From: the human T2T-CHM13v2.0 reference genome, Homo sapiens | DNA: 64,000 bases | Strand: one strand, 5' to 3' | NCBI RefSeq assembly: GCF_009914755.1 | Contig: NC_060926.1 | Made by a program: the position numbers and the translations under genes | Part shown: in pieces, positions 29,801 through 44,030 of the stretch | Position numbering within the stretch: position 1 is the first letter of the stretch | How the letters are laid out: every line of letters begins with the position of its first letter | Notes under the pieces: model-generated | Databases searched by the model: none | What the model was told of the DNA's origin: nothing | Seen by the model: only the letters and a program-made list of their open reading frames with translations

Positions 29801-30114
29801 TGCTAGTTTGAAGGTGTCTCCTCCACAGTTCAGGTTATATTACGGTATTAAGAGGAAAGGTCTTAAAGGTGATTAGGCAATGAGAGCTACTTCCTTGTGA
29901 ATGGGATTAGGTGCCCTTATAAAGAGGCTTGATGAAGGAAGTCCATCCCTTTTTGCCCTACTGCCTTTCACCATGAGAGGATGCACCAAGAAGGCCCTCA
30001 CTAGATGCTAGTGCCTTGATCTTGGACTTCTCAGCCTCCAGAAGTATGATAAATAAATTTCTGTTCTTTATAAATTATCCAGTCTCTGTTATAGCAGCAT
30101 AAAATGGACTGATA
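29801..30114 (+). mobile_element. MST-family (MSTC/MSTD-like) MaLR solo LTR
   Basis: 'ccttgatcttggacttctcagcctccagaa...aataaatttctgttctttataaattatccagtc'; TSD atgtc at 29796-29800 and 30115-30119. Confidence 0.8.
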
Positions 30115-30119
30115 ATGTC

Positions 30120-31500
30120 TCTCTCTTTCTCTCTCATGATTCAATATATACTGCTACTCGTTCTTTATAAGGGATGTAAAGCATTCCATAATAAGGCTAT
30201 GTCATGATTTATTAATACCTTATTGGTAAGTGTTTGTTCTAGTTTTTTTGCCATTACAATAATATAGTCTTATGTACAATTGTCAGTATTTTTCCATGGC
30301 AGATTACAAGAAGTAGAGCTTAAGGTTGAAGAACAGAAAAAAAAAGTTGATTGATCCTGCCAGTTGAAATTGATACAATGAAATTATCAGTATATTAACT
30401 ATATTCCCATGAAGAGTTTAGGAAAGTACCAATTGCCTGCATCACCACCAACACAGTTTATTATTTTTTAAACTTTGCCAAAATAATTGATAAATTATAT
30501 TTCATTTTCATTTAAATTTGTGTTTCTGAACTATTAATGAAGTTAAGCATTTTTCATATTTGTAAAAGCCAGTTGCATTTTGTTCCTGTTTATTTCTGGT
30601 ATTCTATTTTTGCATGAGACTGCTTTTCTTATGCATACTATCAAATGTATTATATAAAACATGGTTTAATATTGTGAATATTATTTCTTTGTCTATTACA
30701 CACTATGCTTTTGTTTCAAGTTTTTCACTTGCGTTTATACTTTGTTTTGTATTATTTAGAAAAGGTTTATACTTTCATTTACTAAATTTATCAAAGTTCA
30801 TTCTTTTATAATTCTTGGGTTTTTCATTTTATATAGAAAAAGCATCCTCTTGAAAAACACATAAATTCTATATTTACTTTTAATAACTTTAGCTTTAAAC
30901 TTAGGCCTTTAATAAATTGATTTATTTTTTGTTTGGTATGAGGTAGTGATCTAATTATATGTTTTCTAGATGAATAGCCAATATTTCCATAAACTATATA
31001 TTGAATCACTTCTCCTTTTGCAAATAATTTAAAATGCCCATTTTCATAAATAAAATGCCCATGTATAAACACAATATTTTATCATGTTTTCCTGTTCTGT
31101 TAATACAGTCCCAAATCTCTAACAGACACATTGCATATTTAATTTGTAGTTTCTGATGACTAAGTTGAGTACCTTCTCTTACATTTATTGGCCAATTGAA
31201 TATCCCCCTCTTATATTGGATGTTTTGCCTATTTTTATCCGTCTTCTTTGTCTTCTTATTGATTAAAATGAATTATTTATATATTCTAGATTTAGGTTCT
31301 TTGTGAGCTATACATAGAGGAAATATTTTCTCTAACTATATAGCTTGGCTTCTAGTGCACATTTTTTAAAATAAAAAGAAGTCCTTAATCTTAATGAATT
31401 TCAAGTAATCAATATTTTCTTTGTTATTTCTTTTTGTATTCTGTTTAAGAAATTAGTTTGTTTTTCCAGACATGAATGTTCTTGGATTGTTTTTCTTCTA
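30120..31500 (-). mobile_element. Highly decayed ancient L1 (L1ME-like) fragments
   Basis: T-rich sequence with L1 3'-region-like phrases ('tttgccattacaat', 'gttaagcatttttcatatttg'); boundaries uncertain. Confidence 0.45.
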
Positions 31501-32330
31501 TAACTTTAACATCATCTTGTTATTATTCAATAATAAGATAATTTTTAAAGTAATTTTAAGTTTTATTTTTGATTCAAGAGGTACATGTGCTGGTATGGTA
31601 TATGGGTATATTGTGCGACGGTAATGCTTGGGATACAATTGATCCCGTCACCTAGTTAGTGAGCATAGTACCCCATAGGCAGATTTTCAATCCTTCCCCT
31701 TTCCTATATCCCCGCTCTAGTACTTGCCAGTGTCTATTACTCTCATTTTTATGGGCATGAGTACCCAATATCCAGTTTCCACTTATAAATGAGAACATGC
31801 TGTATTTGCTTTTCAGTTCCTGTGTTAATTTGCTTAGGATATCGGCCTCCAGTTTCATCTATTTTGTTGCAAAGTACATAATTTCATTCTCTTTTCCGGC
31901 TGTGTCGTATTCTGTGGTATATATGTATGACATTTTATTTACCCAGTGCACCATTGATAGATACCTAAATTGATTCCATGTCTTTGCTATTTTGAATAGT
32001 ACTGCAGCAAACATACAAATGAATTTCTTTGGTAGAGTAATTTATTTACTTTTGTAATTCCATACCCAGTAATGGGGTGCTGGGTCAAATGGTCGTTCTG
32101 TTTTAAGGTCTTTGAGGAATATCTAAGCTGTTTTCCATGGTGGCTGAATTAATTTACATTCTCACCAACACTGTATAAGGATTTCCTTTTCTCAGCAGCC
32201 TCACCAGCATCTGTTGCTTTTTCAGTTTTTAATAATGGCCATTCTGACTCATGTGAGATGGTATCTCACATGACTAGTGATGTTCAGCAGTTTTTTCTTG
32301 TTTGCTGACTGCTTGTATGTCTTATTTTGA

Positions 32331-32722
<392 letters not shown>

Positions 32723-35700
32723 TGTTTAAGTTTCTTAAAGTTTCAGGGTATTAAACCTCTGTCAGATGCATAGTTTGCAAATATTTTCTGTCATTCTGTA
32801 GGTTGTCTGTTTACTCTGCTGATGATTTCTTTTGCTATCCACAAGCTGTTTAATTAGGCCCCATTTGTCCATTTTTGGTTTTGTTGCAATTGCTTTTGAG
32901 GACTTAGTTATAAATAAATTCTTTTCTAAGGCCAATGTCCAGAGTGGTGTTTCCCAGGTTTTCTTCAAGGATTCTTATAGTTTGAGTTCTTACATTTAAA
33001 TCTTGCATCCATTTGCAGTGAATTTTCGTATATAGTGAAAGGCAGTCATCCAGTTTTATTCTTCTGCTTGTGGTCAGCCAGTTACCCCAGACTCATTTAT
33101 TGAATAGGGATTCTTTTCTCCATTGCTTATTCTTGTCAACATTGTCAAAAATATGGCTATAGGTGTACAGCTATATTTCTGGGGTTTCTATTATGTTCCA
33201 TGGGTCTATGTGTCTCTTTTTGTACAACAAAGTATCATGCTTTGTTGTTTACTGCAGCTTCCGTCACAGTTTGAAGTCAGGTAATGTGATGCCTCTGGCT
33301 TTGTTCTTTTTGCTTAGGAATGCTTTGACTATTCTGTCTCCTTTTTGGTCCCATACGAGTTTTAGAACAGTTTTTTTCTAGTTCTGTGAAAAATGACATT
33401 TGTAGTTTGATAGAAATAGTATTGAATCTGCAGGTTACTTTGGGCAATATGGCCATTTTAATGATAGTAATTCTTCTAATGTAGGAGCATGGAATGATTT
33501 ACCATTTGCTTGAGTCATTTATGATTTCTTTCATTAGCATTTTGTAGTTTCCCTTGGAGAGATTGTGCACCACCTTGGTTAGAGGTAAACCTAGGTATTT
33601 TTTTGTGTGTGTGTGGCTATTGTGAATGGGGTTGCATTCTTGATTTGGCTCTCATCTTGAATGTTATTGGTGTATAGAAATGCTACTAATTTTTGTACAC
33701 TGATTTTGTATCCTCCATCTTTACTAAATTTGTTTATCAGTTCCAGGAGCCTTTTAGAGGAGTCTTTGGGATTTCTAGGTATAGAACTATATCATCAGTG
33801 AAGAGAGGTAGTTCCACTCTCCTTTTTCTATTTGGATTCCTTTTATTTCCTCCTTTTACTTGACTGCTCTGGCTAGGACTTGGTCCTGTACTATATTGAA
33901 TAAGATTGGTGAAAATGGGCATCCTTGTCTTGTTCCAGTTCTCAAAGGGAATGCTTTCAGGTTTTGCCTGTTTAGTATGAGGTTGCCTCTGGGTTTGTCA
34001 TAGATGCTACTTATTATTTTGAGGTATGTTCCTTCGATGCCTAGTTTGCTGAGGGCTTTTATCATGAAGAAATGTTGGATTTTATTGAAAGATTTTTTTC
34101 TTGTCTATTGAGAGAATTGTGATTTTTGATTTTAATTCCATTTATGTGATGAATTTTATTTATGGATTTTCATCAGTTGAACCAACCTTGCTCCCCAAGA
34201 ATATAGCCTAGTTGCTCCTGATCAGTTTATTTCTTGATGTGCTACTGGATTCAGTTTGCTAGCATTCTGTTGAGAATTTTTGCGTCTATGTTCATCCAGA
34301 ATATTAGCCTGTAGTGTTTTTATTTTTTTTTTCATTGTGTCTTTGTCAGGCATTGGTATCAGGGTAATACTCGCGTCATAGAATGATTTAGGAAAGTGTC
34401 CTTCCTGCTCAAACTTTTGCAATAGTTTCAGGAAAATTAATATTTGCTCTTCTTTATACATCTGATAGAAGTTTGCTATGAATCCAGCCAGTCTGGGGCT
34501 TTTATTGGTTGGTAGACTTTTTATTACTGATTCAATATTGGAACTTGAAGTTGGTGTATATAGGATTTGAATTTATTCCTGATTCAGTCTTGAGGGGGTT
34601 GTGTGTTTCTAGGAATGTATCCATTTCCTCTAGGTTTTCTAGTTTGTGTGCATAGGTATGTACATAATAGTCTCTGAGGATCTTTTGTATTTCTGTGGGA
34701 TTGGTTGTAATATCACCTTTGCTGTTTCTAATTGTGCTTATGTGGATCTCTCTTTTTTCCTTTGTTAATCTAGCTAGTGATTTATAGATTTTTCTTTAAC
34801 CTTTCAAAAAACCAACTTTTTGGTCATTTATTCTTTGCATTGATTTTTGGGTCTCAAATTCATTTAGTTCTGGTCTGGTTTTAGTTATTTCTTTTCTTCT
34901 GCTAACTTTTGGGTTAGTTTGTTCTTGTTTTTCTAGTTACTCTAAGGGTACCATTAGGTGGTTAATTTGAAATCTTCCTGAATTTTTCAGGTAGCTGTTT
35001 AGCACTACAAACCTTCCTCTTGAAATTGCTTTTGCTATATCCCAGAGATTTTGGTATGTCATGTCTTCGTTTTTATTTCAAATAATTTTTTTTATTTCTG
35101 CCTTAATTTTGTTGTTCACCCAAAAGCCACTCATGAGTAAGCTGTTTAATTTTCATATAATTGTTTTACTTTCAGTGATTTATTTGGCAATGGTTTCTAT
35201 TTTTATCTCACTGTGGACCAAAAATATGGTTGGTATGATTTTGATTTTTTTGAAGTTATTGAGGCTTGCTTTATAGCCAAACATGTGGTCACTCATAGAG
35301 TATGTTCCACATGCAGATGAGAAGAATTTATATTTGGTAGTTGATGGATGGAGTATTCTGCAGATGTCTATTAGGTCCAATTGGTCATGCGTGAAGTTTA
35401 AGTCCACAATTTCTTTGTTACTTTTCTGTCTGGATGACTGGCGCAATGCTGTAAGTGGATTGTTGAAGTCCCCCACTATTATTGTGTGGCTAAGTCTTTT
35501 CATAGGACTAGAAGTACTCATTTTATGGATCTGGGTGCTCTAATGTTGGGTGCCTATGCATTTAGAATAGCTAGGTTTTCTTGTTTAATTGAACCCTTTG
35601 TCACTATATTATGTCTTTCTTTGTCCTTTTATACTGTTGTTGGTTTAAAGTCTGTTGTATCTGATATAAGAATAGTGACTCCTGGTATTTTTCTTTTCAT

Positions 35701-36933
35701 TCTTTCTTTTTATTTTCTGTTTGCATGATGGATCTTTCTCCAGTCCTTTACTTTGTTCCTGTAAGTGTTGTTACATGTAAGATGAGTCTCTTAAAGATAG
35801 CAGGTGAATGAGCCTTGCGTTTTTTTTTTTAATCCAACTTGAAGTTCTGTGCCTTTTCAGTGATGGCATTTATACCATTTATATTTAGTATTGGTATGAG
35901 ATGTTTCCATACTGATTATCAGGAAGCTGTTAGCTGGTTGCTTTGTAGTTTCAAATGTGTGGCTGCTCTATAATGTCTTGGGCTATGAACTAAGTGTGTT
36001 TATGTGGCAGTAGGTATTGTTCTTTCATTTTCAGGTTTAGAATTCTCTTAAGCTGGTAAGAGAATTCTTGTAAGGCTGGTCTGCTGAAAACAAATTCCCT
36101 TAGTTCTTGCAAATCTGGAAAAGATTTTATTTCTCCTTCACTTATGAAGCTTAATCTAGTGAGATATAAAATTCTTAGTTGAAATTTTTTTTTCTTTAAA
36201 AATGCGGAAAATATGTCCCCAATCTTTCCTGACTTGTAAGGTTTCTGCTGAGAGTCTACTGTTAGCCTGATGGAGTTCCCTTTGTATGTGATCTGACATT
36301 TTTCTCTAGCTGCTTTTAAGGCTTTTTTTTTTTTTCAGGTTTGACTTTGGACAGTCTGGTGACTATATGTTTTGGTGATCTTCATTTCATATAATATCAC
36401 ACAGGTTAGGTGTTATCTGGATATCTTATATTTGGATGTTTACCTGTCTAGCAAGATTAGAAAAATTTTCTTGATTTATTCCTTCAAATGTGTTTTCTAA
36501 GCCATTTACTTTGTTTCCTTCTCTCTCATGAATGGCAGTGATTCCTAGGTTCAGTCACTTTACATAATCCTATATTTCTCAAATAGTTTCTTCATTCTTT
36601 GAAAAAAAATCTTAAAAAATTTTTTTTTCTGACTGGGTTTAAAATTCTTTCTTCTGCATGGTTCAGTCTATTGATAAAGGTTTCAAATGTATTTTTGAAA
36701 TTTCTTAAGTGAGTTTTTCAATTCCAAATGCTCTGATTTCTTTTTAAGATATTTATCTCTTTCTTAATTTCCTGAATTGTTTTAGAAGTTTCTTTGTGTT
36801 GATTTTCAATGTTGTCTTGAAATCATTGTACTTCCTTGCAGTCCATGCTTTGCTTCCTTTATCTGTCATTTCTGAGTTTCTGTTTTGATTAGGGATAATT
36901 GCTGGATAGCTAGTGTGATCCTTTTTAAGGATC

Positions 36934-37214
36934 ACAGGGTCTCACTCTGTCACCCAGGTTGGAGTGCAGTGGTGTGGTCACAGCTCACTGCCACCTTGAC
37001 CTCCCCAGACTCAGGTGATCTTCCCACTTCAGCCTCCCAACTACCTGGGACTATGGGTGCATACCATCACACCTGGCTAATTTTTATATTTTTTTGTAGG
37101 GATAGGGTTTCACCATGTTGCCTAGGCTGGTCTCAAACTCCTGGGCTCAAGCAGTTTGCCTACCTCAGCCTCCCAAACTGTTAGAATTACAGGTATGAGC
37201 CACTGCACCCAGTC
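36934..37214 (-). mobile_element. AluJ lacking a poly(A) tail
   Basis: 'acagggtctcactctgtcacccagg...ctcctgggctcaagcag...cactgcacccagtc'. Confidence 0.88.
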
Positions 37215-37849
37215 TCTAGACATTTCATGGTGTCAGATTTTTGCATTGGCTTTTTTCTCATCTGGAGACACTGGAACTTCTAGTTTTTGTAATTATTTTC
37301 ATACAGTAGGGTTTTTTCTTTTTCTGTAGTATTACTGTTTCTTTTTCTTTTTAATTCCCTTTTATTCCCTTCTTAGATGGTGTGACTATAGAGGATGTTG
37401 GGCAGAATCTTTTGGCCTTGCTTCTGTAGCCCTGTGCACTTCTGTCAATAGGTTTTGTATTGGGCTGTATGGTCCAACCTATAAGCCAGTAGATGACACT
37501 TATGGGTAAGTAACAGCTGCAGCCAATGCAGGTGGACATATACTCCATCATTGTTTATTAAGACCTCTCTGTTTCCTCAGGCAATGGGGTGATCCATGGA
37601 GGGCTCAGTGGTCTGAGCTCCATGCTCAGCCCCAGGGAGACAAGAAAAAGATGGGAGGGGCCAGACAGGGCTGGCCCATCTACAGTTTCCCTGATGGCGG
37701 GCACTAGTACTAAGGGAGAATTCTGTAGGCAGCCACTAAGTGCCCAGAGCTGTGCCTAGTCATGGAGCTGAGAAATCTCCTCTGCCCAAGCTCTTTGCAT
37801 GGGGAGGGGGACAGCCTAAATGCCTAATTCATGAGAGTGAATATACCAG

Positions 37850-38685
37850 ATACCTGGAGATCTGCCTTAATGTTGAGTGCAGAGGACCCTGCTGCACTAT
37901 AATATGCACAGAAAGGATGGGTCAGCTTAAGATGCTAATCTAGGTGAATGGGATATGCCTGGTCATGTGTTGAAGAGCCCCTCCACTCCCTTAACCATGA
38001 TCTCTTCACTGGAAGAGTGGGTTTGCTCAGGCTGCTGATTCAAGTTAGTGGGTGCTCCAAATGCCCAGAGATATCTGCTAGGGCATGGAGTGGAGAGGGC
38101 CCCACTTCACCACGATCTCTTCACAGGTAGGGTGGGTCAGCTCCGGTTGCTTAACCAGGCAAGCAGATGTTCCACATGCCTGGAGATCTGCTCGGGCATG
38201 GATCAGAGAGTGTCTTACTTTACCACAGTCTCTGCATAGGAAGGGTAAGGCCATTCTGGCTGCTGATCAGGGAAAGTGGGTGCTCTGAATACTTTGAAGT
38301 GTGCCTGGGTGTGAAGTGGAGAGACCCCCTGGAAACCCCCTGCTGCAGCAGGATATCTGCACAGGCAGGGTGGGTCAGCTCAGTCTACTGATCCATGCAA
38401 ATTGGTGCTCCAAATGGCTGGAGACCTGCCTGGGTGTGGAGCTGAGAGGGCTCCGAAGCACTACAATTTAAGCTCAGGAAGGATGGGGTGGCTGCGAATG
38501 CTCTAAATACCTGCAGATCTGCCTGGGCGTGGAGCTGAGAGTGCTCTGATGCACGATGATCTATGCCCAGGGATGTTAGGGCAGCTCAGACTGCTGATTC
38601 AGACCAGTAGTGCTCTGAATGCCTGGAGTTTTGCCTGGGGGTGAAATGAAGAGAGCCCTACTGCACCACAATCTCAGGGGAACTG
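37850..38685. repeat. About 8 degenerate ~110-bp tandem units in the L1 5'UTR
   Basis: Recurrent 'tggagatctgcctgggc.tggag..gagaggg' near 37854, 37954, 38066, 38181, 38294, 38419, 38512, 38624. Confidence 0.85.
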
Positions 38686-39475
38686 GCTGGGGCACCCAGC
38701 AATACACACACACAGACCTGTTCTGTATTGCCGAGCTGGCCCTGGCTGTAGCTCTTGTTGCTCAGGAGAAACCGCAGATCTCTTCCTGCTACAGGCCTGC
38801 AATTTGGGAAAGCACAATTTCAGTACCTACTGTTGAGGCACTTTCCACAATTCTGGCTGTGGTTCCCCCTGCCCCACTCCAGAGCAGGCACCTCAACCTC
38901 TGGACTGAGACTAAAATGCCTGCATGACCATGTTGCTGGGTCACTAAAGAATGACTGTCTTTATATGCACTCAGATTAAAAATGGAATCCTGATCTTGGT
39001 CCTCATTCTGGGAAAATTCCTGAAGCTTTTCCTGGTGTCTTTTATCCCTCTCAGTATTTCTAAGCCTCTTTCCAAGTTAACTTCAGGACTTGGGGAAACA
39101 GTGTTCTCCATCAGCCTGGGTTGCTTGGATCCCCAGTGGAAAGGTGAGTCACAGAAGGAGACTCTCTGCCTCTCTCATATCCGGGGGAATCACTCACTTT
39201 TATCAGCTGGGTGCTTTCATGATGGGTGTTTGCCTACATTCTCCTTTCTGGGACCTGTGGTGTCCTTCGTGAGTCCATGAATAGATTCCTGCTTTCCTTC
39301 TTAAAGCTCACAGAACTGATCTATTTCCAAGTAGCTGAGGCATACTAAAAGCTCCTAATCTGCCATCTTGGGCAAAAAAGGGTCCACTGTCCAATAATAA
39401 ACACACACTTTTTGTGTTCTTATACATACATATGTACATACACACATGCATATGTGCATTCATGTACATGTATGT

Positions 39476-39839
39476 TGTATTAGTCTGTTCTCACGCTGCT
39501 ATGAAGAAATGCCCAAGACTGGGTAATTTATTTAAAAAAAAAAAAAAAAGAGGTTTAATTGACTCACAGTTCCACATGGCTGGGGAGACCTTAGGAAACT
39601 TATAATTACGGCAGAGGCATCTCTTCACAGGGCGGCAGGAGAGAATGAATGCAAGCAGGGGAAATGCCGGACACTTATAAAACCATCAGATCTCATGAGA
39701 CTCACTCATTATCATGAGAACAGCATGGGGGAAACTGCCCCCATGGTCCAATTACCTCTACCTGGTCCCACCCTTGATTTGTGGGGATAATTACAATCAA
39801 GGTGAGAGTTGGGTAGGGATACAGAGCTAAACCATATCA
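39476..39839 (-). mobile_element. THE1C-like solo LTR
   Basis: tgtattagtctgttctc...aaaccatatca termini; near-TSD tatgt/taggt. Confidence 0.9.
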
Positions 39840-39959
39840 TAGGTATACATATACATACATACATTTACATCCTCTTCCTTATCATTACATCTTCTTTACC
39901 TCTCCCTTTCATGTTCCCTCTGATTTTCTCACACTAGGGAAAATGGAATTACGTAGAAG

Positions 39960-41631
39960 GAAATTGCGAATGTTCAGTGTTATCAAAACTGCCACCTAAA
40001 TACTAAATATAGACATTAACAGGTCAGAGTAGAAGAAAAGGATAATATTTACACGACAATATGTAAGATGTATTTTATAAATTGACATTTATTTGTAAGA
40101 AAAGGCTCTTATTAATTTAGTAAGTGATGGTTATACTATTAACAGTATAGAATATGTACTGCAAATTGAGAGTCCATATCATACTAAATGTCAAAACAAT
40201 AGAGGCAATGCTATTAAAGATGAGAGTTATTGAAGAACATCAGTAATAATATTATTTATAATTTTTAAAAGCACTAGCCAATGCAATTAAACAAGAAGAA
40301 AAATAGGTATGAATACCAGAAAAGGTAAAATTATCATCAGTATTAAGTGATATGTTTAATTATTAGCCAGTGTAATTAGTCAAGAAAAACATGAAAGCTA
40401 GAAAAAAGGAGTGAAACTTAACATTATTATTAAACGTTATGATTATACCTATGAAACACAAGAGAATAAATTCAAGAATTGTTGCAAATGGTAGGATGTT
40501 TATGTGGCAATTAAAAATTATGGGAATATAGAATAACTAATAGCAGAAAGAGATGGTCAGATTGGCTTATCAAAACATTCAGAACCTATACAAAAAAACA
40601 TTAAAAGTACTAGGAAATGATGTAAAAGAAATCTGCCTTGAATTAATAGAAGTATGTAACCCATTCAACTGTATAAGGGATTATATTGTAGATGTGGCAA
40701 TTTTCCCTAAATCATTAATGATAGAATTAGTAACATTTATAGTACTTACCAGTAGCCAGGCATGGAGTTAAGTTTATACTTGTTTTTGTTTCTCCATTAT
40801 CTTTACAATTCTCTTATGAAAAAGTGAAAGTATTATGACTATTTATATAGATGAGACAACAATCACAGAAAATTTAGCTTTCTCATGTTCACACAGCTAT
40901 TAATAACACAGAGAACCTAAATATGCCATAGTCTCTCCAAGTTGTCAGATTTTATTTTGTATTCAACAATAATTCATTTAGAATATAAGATTAGTTAAGA
41001 AAAGTTAGGAGGAGTAATGTGAACAATTAAATTTGTTTGATATATATTTAAATGCTAACATATCTTGCATAGGTCTAGAAATAAAAAGGCAACTTAATGA
41101 AACAGAATGGAGAGATAAAAAATAGACACCAGTGCATGCACTTCAGAATATGAACAATTTCAAAATAACGGGAAAAGCTTCAAAAATCGTGTTATAATGA
41201 TTGGGTATGTCAACTAAATTGTATATCATTACACCAAATGGAATCACATGCAAATGACACTTATGTGTAAAGAGTGAAAGAAAGTCATGAAAATAAATGT
41301 TTATGTGAATTTATAAATAATCTTGAGTGGGAAAAGTCTTTCTATGAATGAACCAGTATCCAGAATTTACAAATAAAGACTGATAAAATTTGTTTTAAAA
41401 TGATTTAAAGCTGCTAAGAAAAAAAAACCTTATAAACACAATCAAAATTCAGAATACGAGCAAACATACAACAATTTAAAAGGTAAAGTTTATTTTTCAA
41501 CACTTTACAAAGAAAATTTCCTTATTAAAAAGCACTCACAAATTAAAAAGAAAATGAGCCAATGGTAGTTCGCAGAAAAAGATTAATGAAGGCCAATAAA
41601 ATATTTTCAACTTCACAAATAATGAGGTGAG
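39960..41631 (+). mobile_element. Ancient L1 (L1M/L1ME) ORF2-region remnants with an embedded MIR near 40740-40920
   Basis: A-rich; 'gcactagccaatgcaattaaacaagaa', 'aacagaatggagag' resemble L1 ORF2 coding phrases. Confidence 0.5.
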
Positions 41632-41635
41632 ATTC

Positions 41636-42460
41636 TGAAACAGAAGTTCCCTAATCTCACTCGCAGGCACGCGATGGGGGTGTGGCTCATTTCTTTGGTG
41701 CTCCGCTGCGCATACCCCTAGGGGAGCATGCAGACGGGCAAGTCCTGAGCATCGCCGACCCCACAGCACCTTCGAGGGTTGAGTGTTTACAAGCCCCCGA
41801 AACCCCGGTGGGCGTGTGTTACCATGCCACTCTCAGTGTTGCCCTCTGCAGGCCGCTTGTGTTAGTCAGCTCAGTTAGACCCTCTCTGCCTTGTCGCAAG
41901 GACAGAGGGCTTTCTGTATCCTGGGTTCTTTATGTAGTGTCCAGAAAAATTGGATCACACGTGGGGTTGGAGAATGAGTGCAAGGTTTTTTAATGAGTGG
42001 TGGAAGTAGCTCTCAGCAGATGAATGGTGAGCCGGAAGAGGAATGGAGTGGGAAGGTGGCCTTCCCCGGGGTTTGGGCCATTCAGCTGCTGGCGGGGCTC
42101 TTCTCCGACCACCCCCAGCGGAATTCCACATAGTCCTGCTGTCGATGACCTGCATTTGCTGGTGCCTGTCGGTGTGCTCTTCTGCTCTTCTTGACCTCCA
42201 ACTGCTTGTGTGTTCTTCGGCTGGCATGTTTCTCTCAACATCCAGCCACTTGTGTTTGTGCCCGCTATGGTCTCTGTGTTTCTGTAAGCACAGGATGGGG
42301 GCATGGCAGGCCAGAGTTATCTTGGACATCGCAACATTTGGGTGTGAAAACACAACTGTCTGTCCTCACCTAGGTCCGTGGGCACAGGCCCGAGGGTGGA
42401 GCCCTCACCAGGGACCCCACCTTTCTATACCCAGCACTTCCCTGCCCCCCTCCCATATCA
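41636..42460 (-). mobile_element. LTR1-family (ERV1) solo LTR
   Basis: Minus strand starts tgatatgggaggggggcagggaagtgctgggta; TG...CA termini; 4-bp TSD attc at 41632-41635 and 42461-42464. Confidence 0.85.
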
Positions 42461-42831
42461 ATTCCGTTTGTCTCTCCTCAAATTGTCAGATATTAAACAG
42501 TATTGGAGAGGTTGTGAGTGAATGGACACTCACAGGCTGTTGGAGGGATGGGCTACTTTCTGGGGCATAGTTGGTAAAACCCATCACAGTTAAAAATGAC
42601 GTGTCTGAGCCCTTCTACTTCTAGAATGGATCCTAGAGATAGAGCCTCACGCATGTGCAAAGATTTGCTTGTTGCAGTAATGTTTGTAATAAGTCAAAAT
42701 AGTTTAAAAATGATGGAAACTGAATTATAGAGTAGTACACAGATATTATAAAGAATGTGCCCTATATGTGTGTGTCTAAACACACACATATATGGATATA
42801 TGGATGTATATACCTTTTAATTTATGTGCAT

Positions 42832-43369
42832 CGGTAGTCTTGACTTATCCATTGTTTTGCTTTCCACTGCTTTAGATACCTGTGGTAAACCAAGGTCTGA
42901 AAATAAATTTAAAATTCTGGAAATAAACAATTTATAAGTTTTAAATTGGACACCATTCTGAGTAGCCTGATGAAATCTCACATTGTCCCATTCCGTCCTG
43001 TCTGGGACATGAATCAACCCTTTGCTGAGCCTGTTCGCTCTGTATATGTCTCTGCTGTTAGTCACTTAGTAGCCATCTTGTTATGAGATCAACTGTCATA
43101 CTATTGCAGTGCTTGTGTGTAAGTCACCCTTAATTTACCAAATAACGGCTCCAAAGAGCAATAGCAGTGATGTTGGCATGTTGTTATAATTGTTCTATTT
43201 TATTATTAGTTATTGTTGTTCATCCTACTCTGCCTGATTCATAAAGTTTATCATAGGTATGCATGTATAGAAAAAAACTTAGTAAATGGAGGGTTCAGTA
43301 CTGTCTGCGGTTTCAGGCATTCATAAGGGATCTTGAAATGTATCACCCATGGATAAGAAGGGGCTACTG
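42832..43369 (+). mobile_element. MER44B-like (Tigger7-derived) non-autonomous DNA transposon
   Basis: Decayed TIRs cggtagtcttgacttatcc / ggataagaaggggctactg followed by TA; typical MER44 interior. Confidence 0.85.
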
Positions 43370-43824
43370 TACTTAAATTTATATACTTATAATCTGTTTT
43401 ATATAAATAGCTACATATAAAATATTAGTATCTATATACTTGAATGTTATACAAATTCTTAGAAAGAATGAAGATTCTAAGATTACAGTTGTAACCAGCA
43501 GTAATAATTTCTGGGGTATTGCTGAAGCTTTGCGTCCCATGACTTGTAGTTTTATTCCTATTACTCTCTGGATTTCTTTTTACCATAAGTGTATGTTCAT
43601 TTTTGTAATTAAAAATCTAGTTAAACATTGATTCTCTTTTCATTTGACTCAAGAATATATTGATCTTACTCTTCAACTTTAATTAAGCTTCTAATCTGTA
43701 TTCACAATGGTGGGTTTTATCATACCCTGGAGAGACAGCAGAGGGGATCTTTATGATCTTATCCAATGACCTCATTTCTTCATACATTATTAACTTTGTC
43801 CTCTATCACTAATGATAGAAAAAT

Positions 43825-44030
43825 TATTTTTTATTGAGAACCTGCTAGAAGATAGACATTCTGTTGAAGGGTTTATCTGTATAATATAATTTAAGCTTCA
43901 CTGCACCTATTTGGAATGGTAATAAGAACCCCATTTTATAGATGATAAAACTGAGACTCAGATGGTTTTTGTAACTTATCCCAAAGTAGTTGAATAAGAA
44001 TGTAAGGCAGAGCTAATGTTCCTTTCACTA
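43825..44030. mobile_element. MIR
   Basis: 'cccattttatagatgataaaactgagactcaga' core. Confidence 0.7.

Noticed and set aside
37850-38685. Periodic repeat as a CRISPR-like array
   Set aside because: Whole units are homologous with no unique spacers, no cas genes are present, and the context is a primate L1 5'UTR.
42043-42570. 175-aa ORF and overlapping ORFs at 41.5-42.6 kb
   Set aside because: They lie within a GC-rich LTR where stops are scarce; no recognisable domain.
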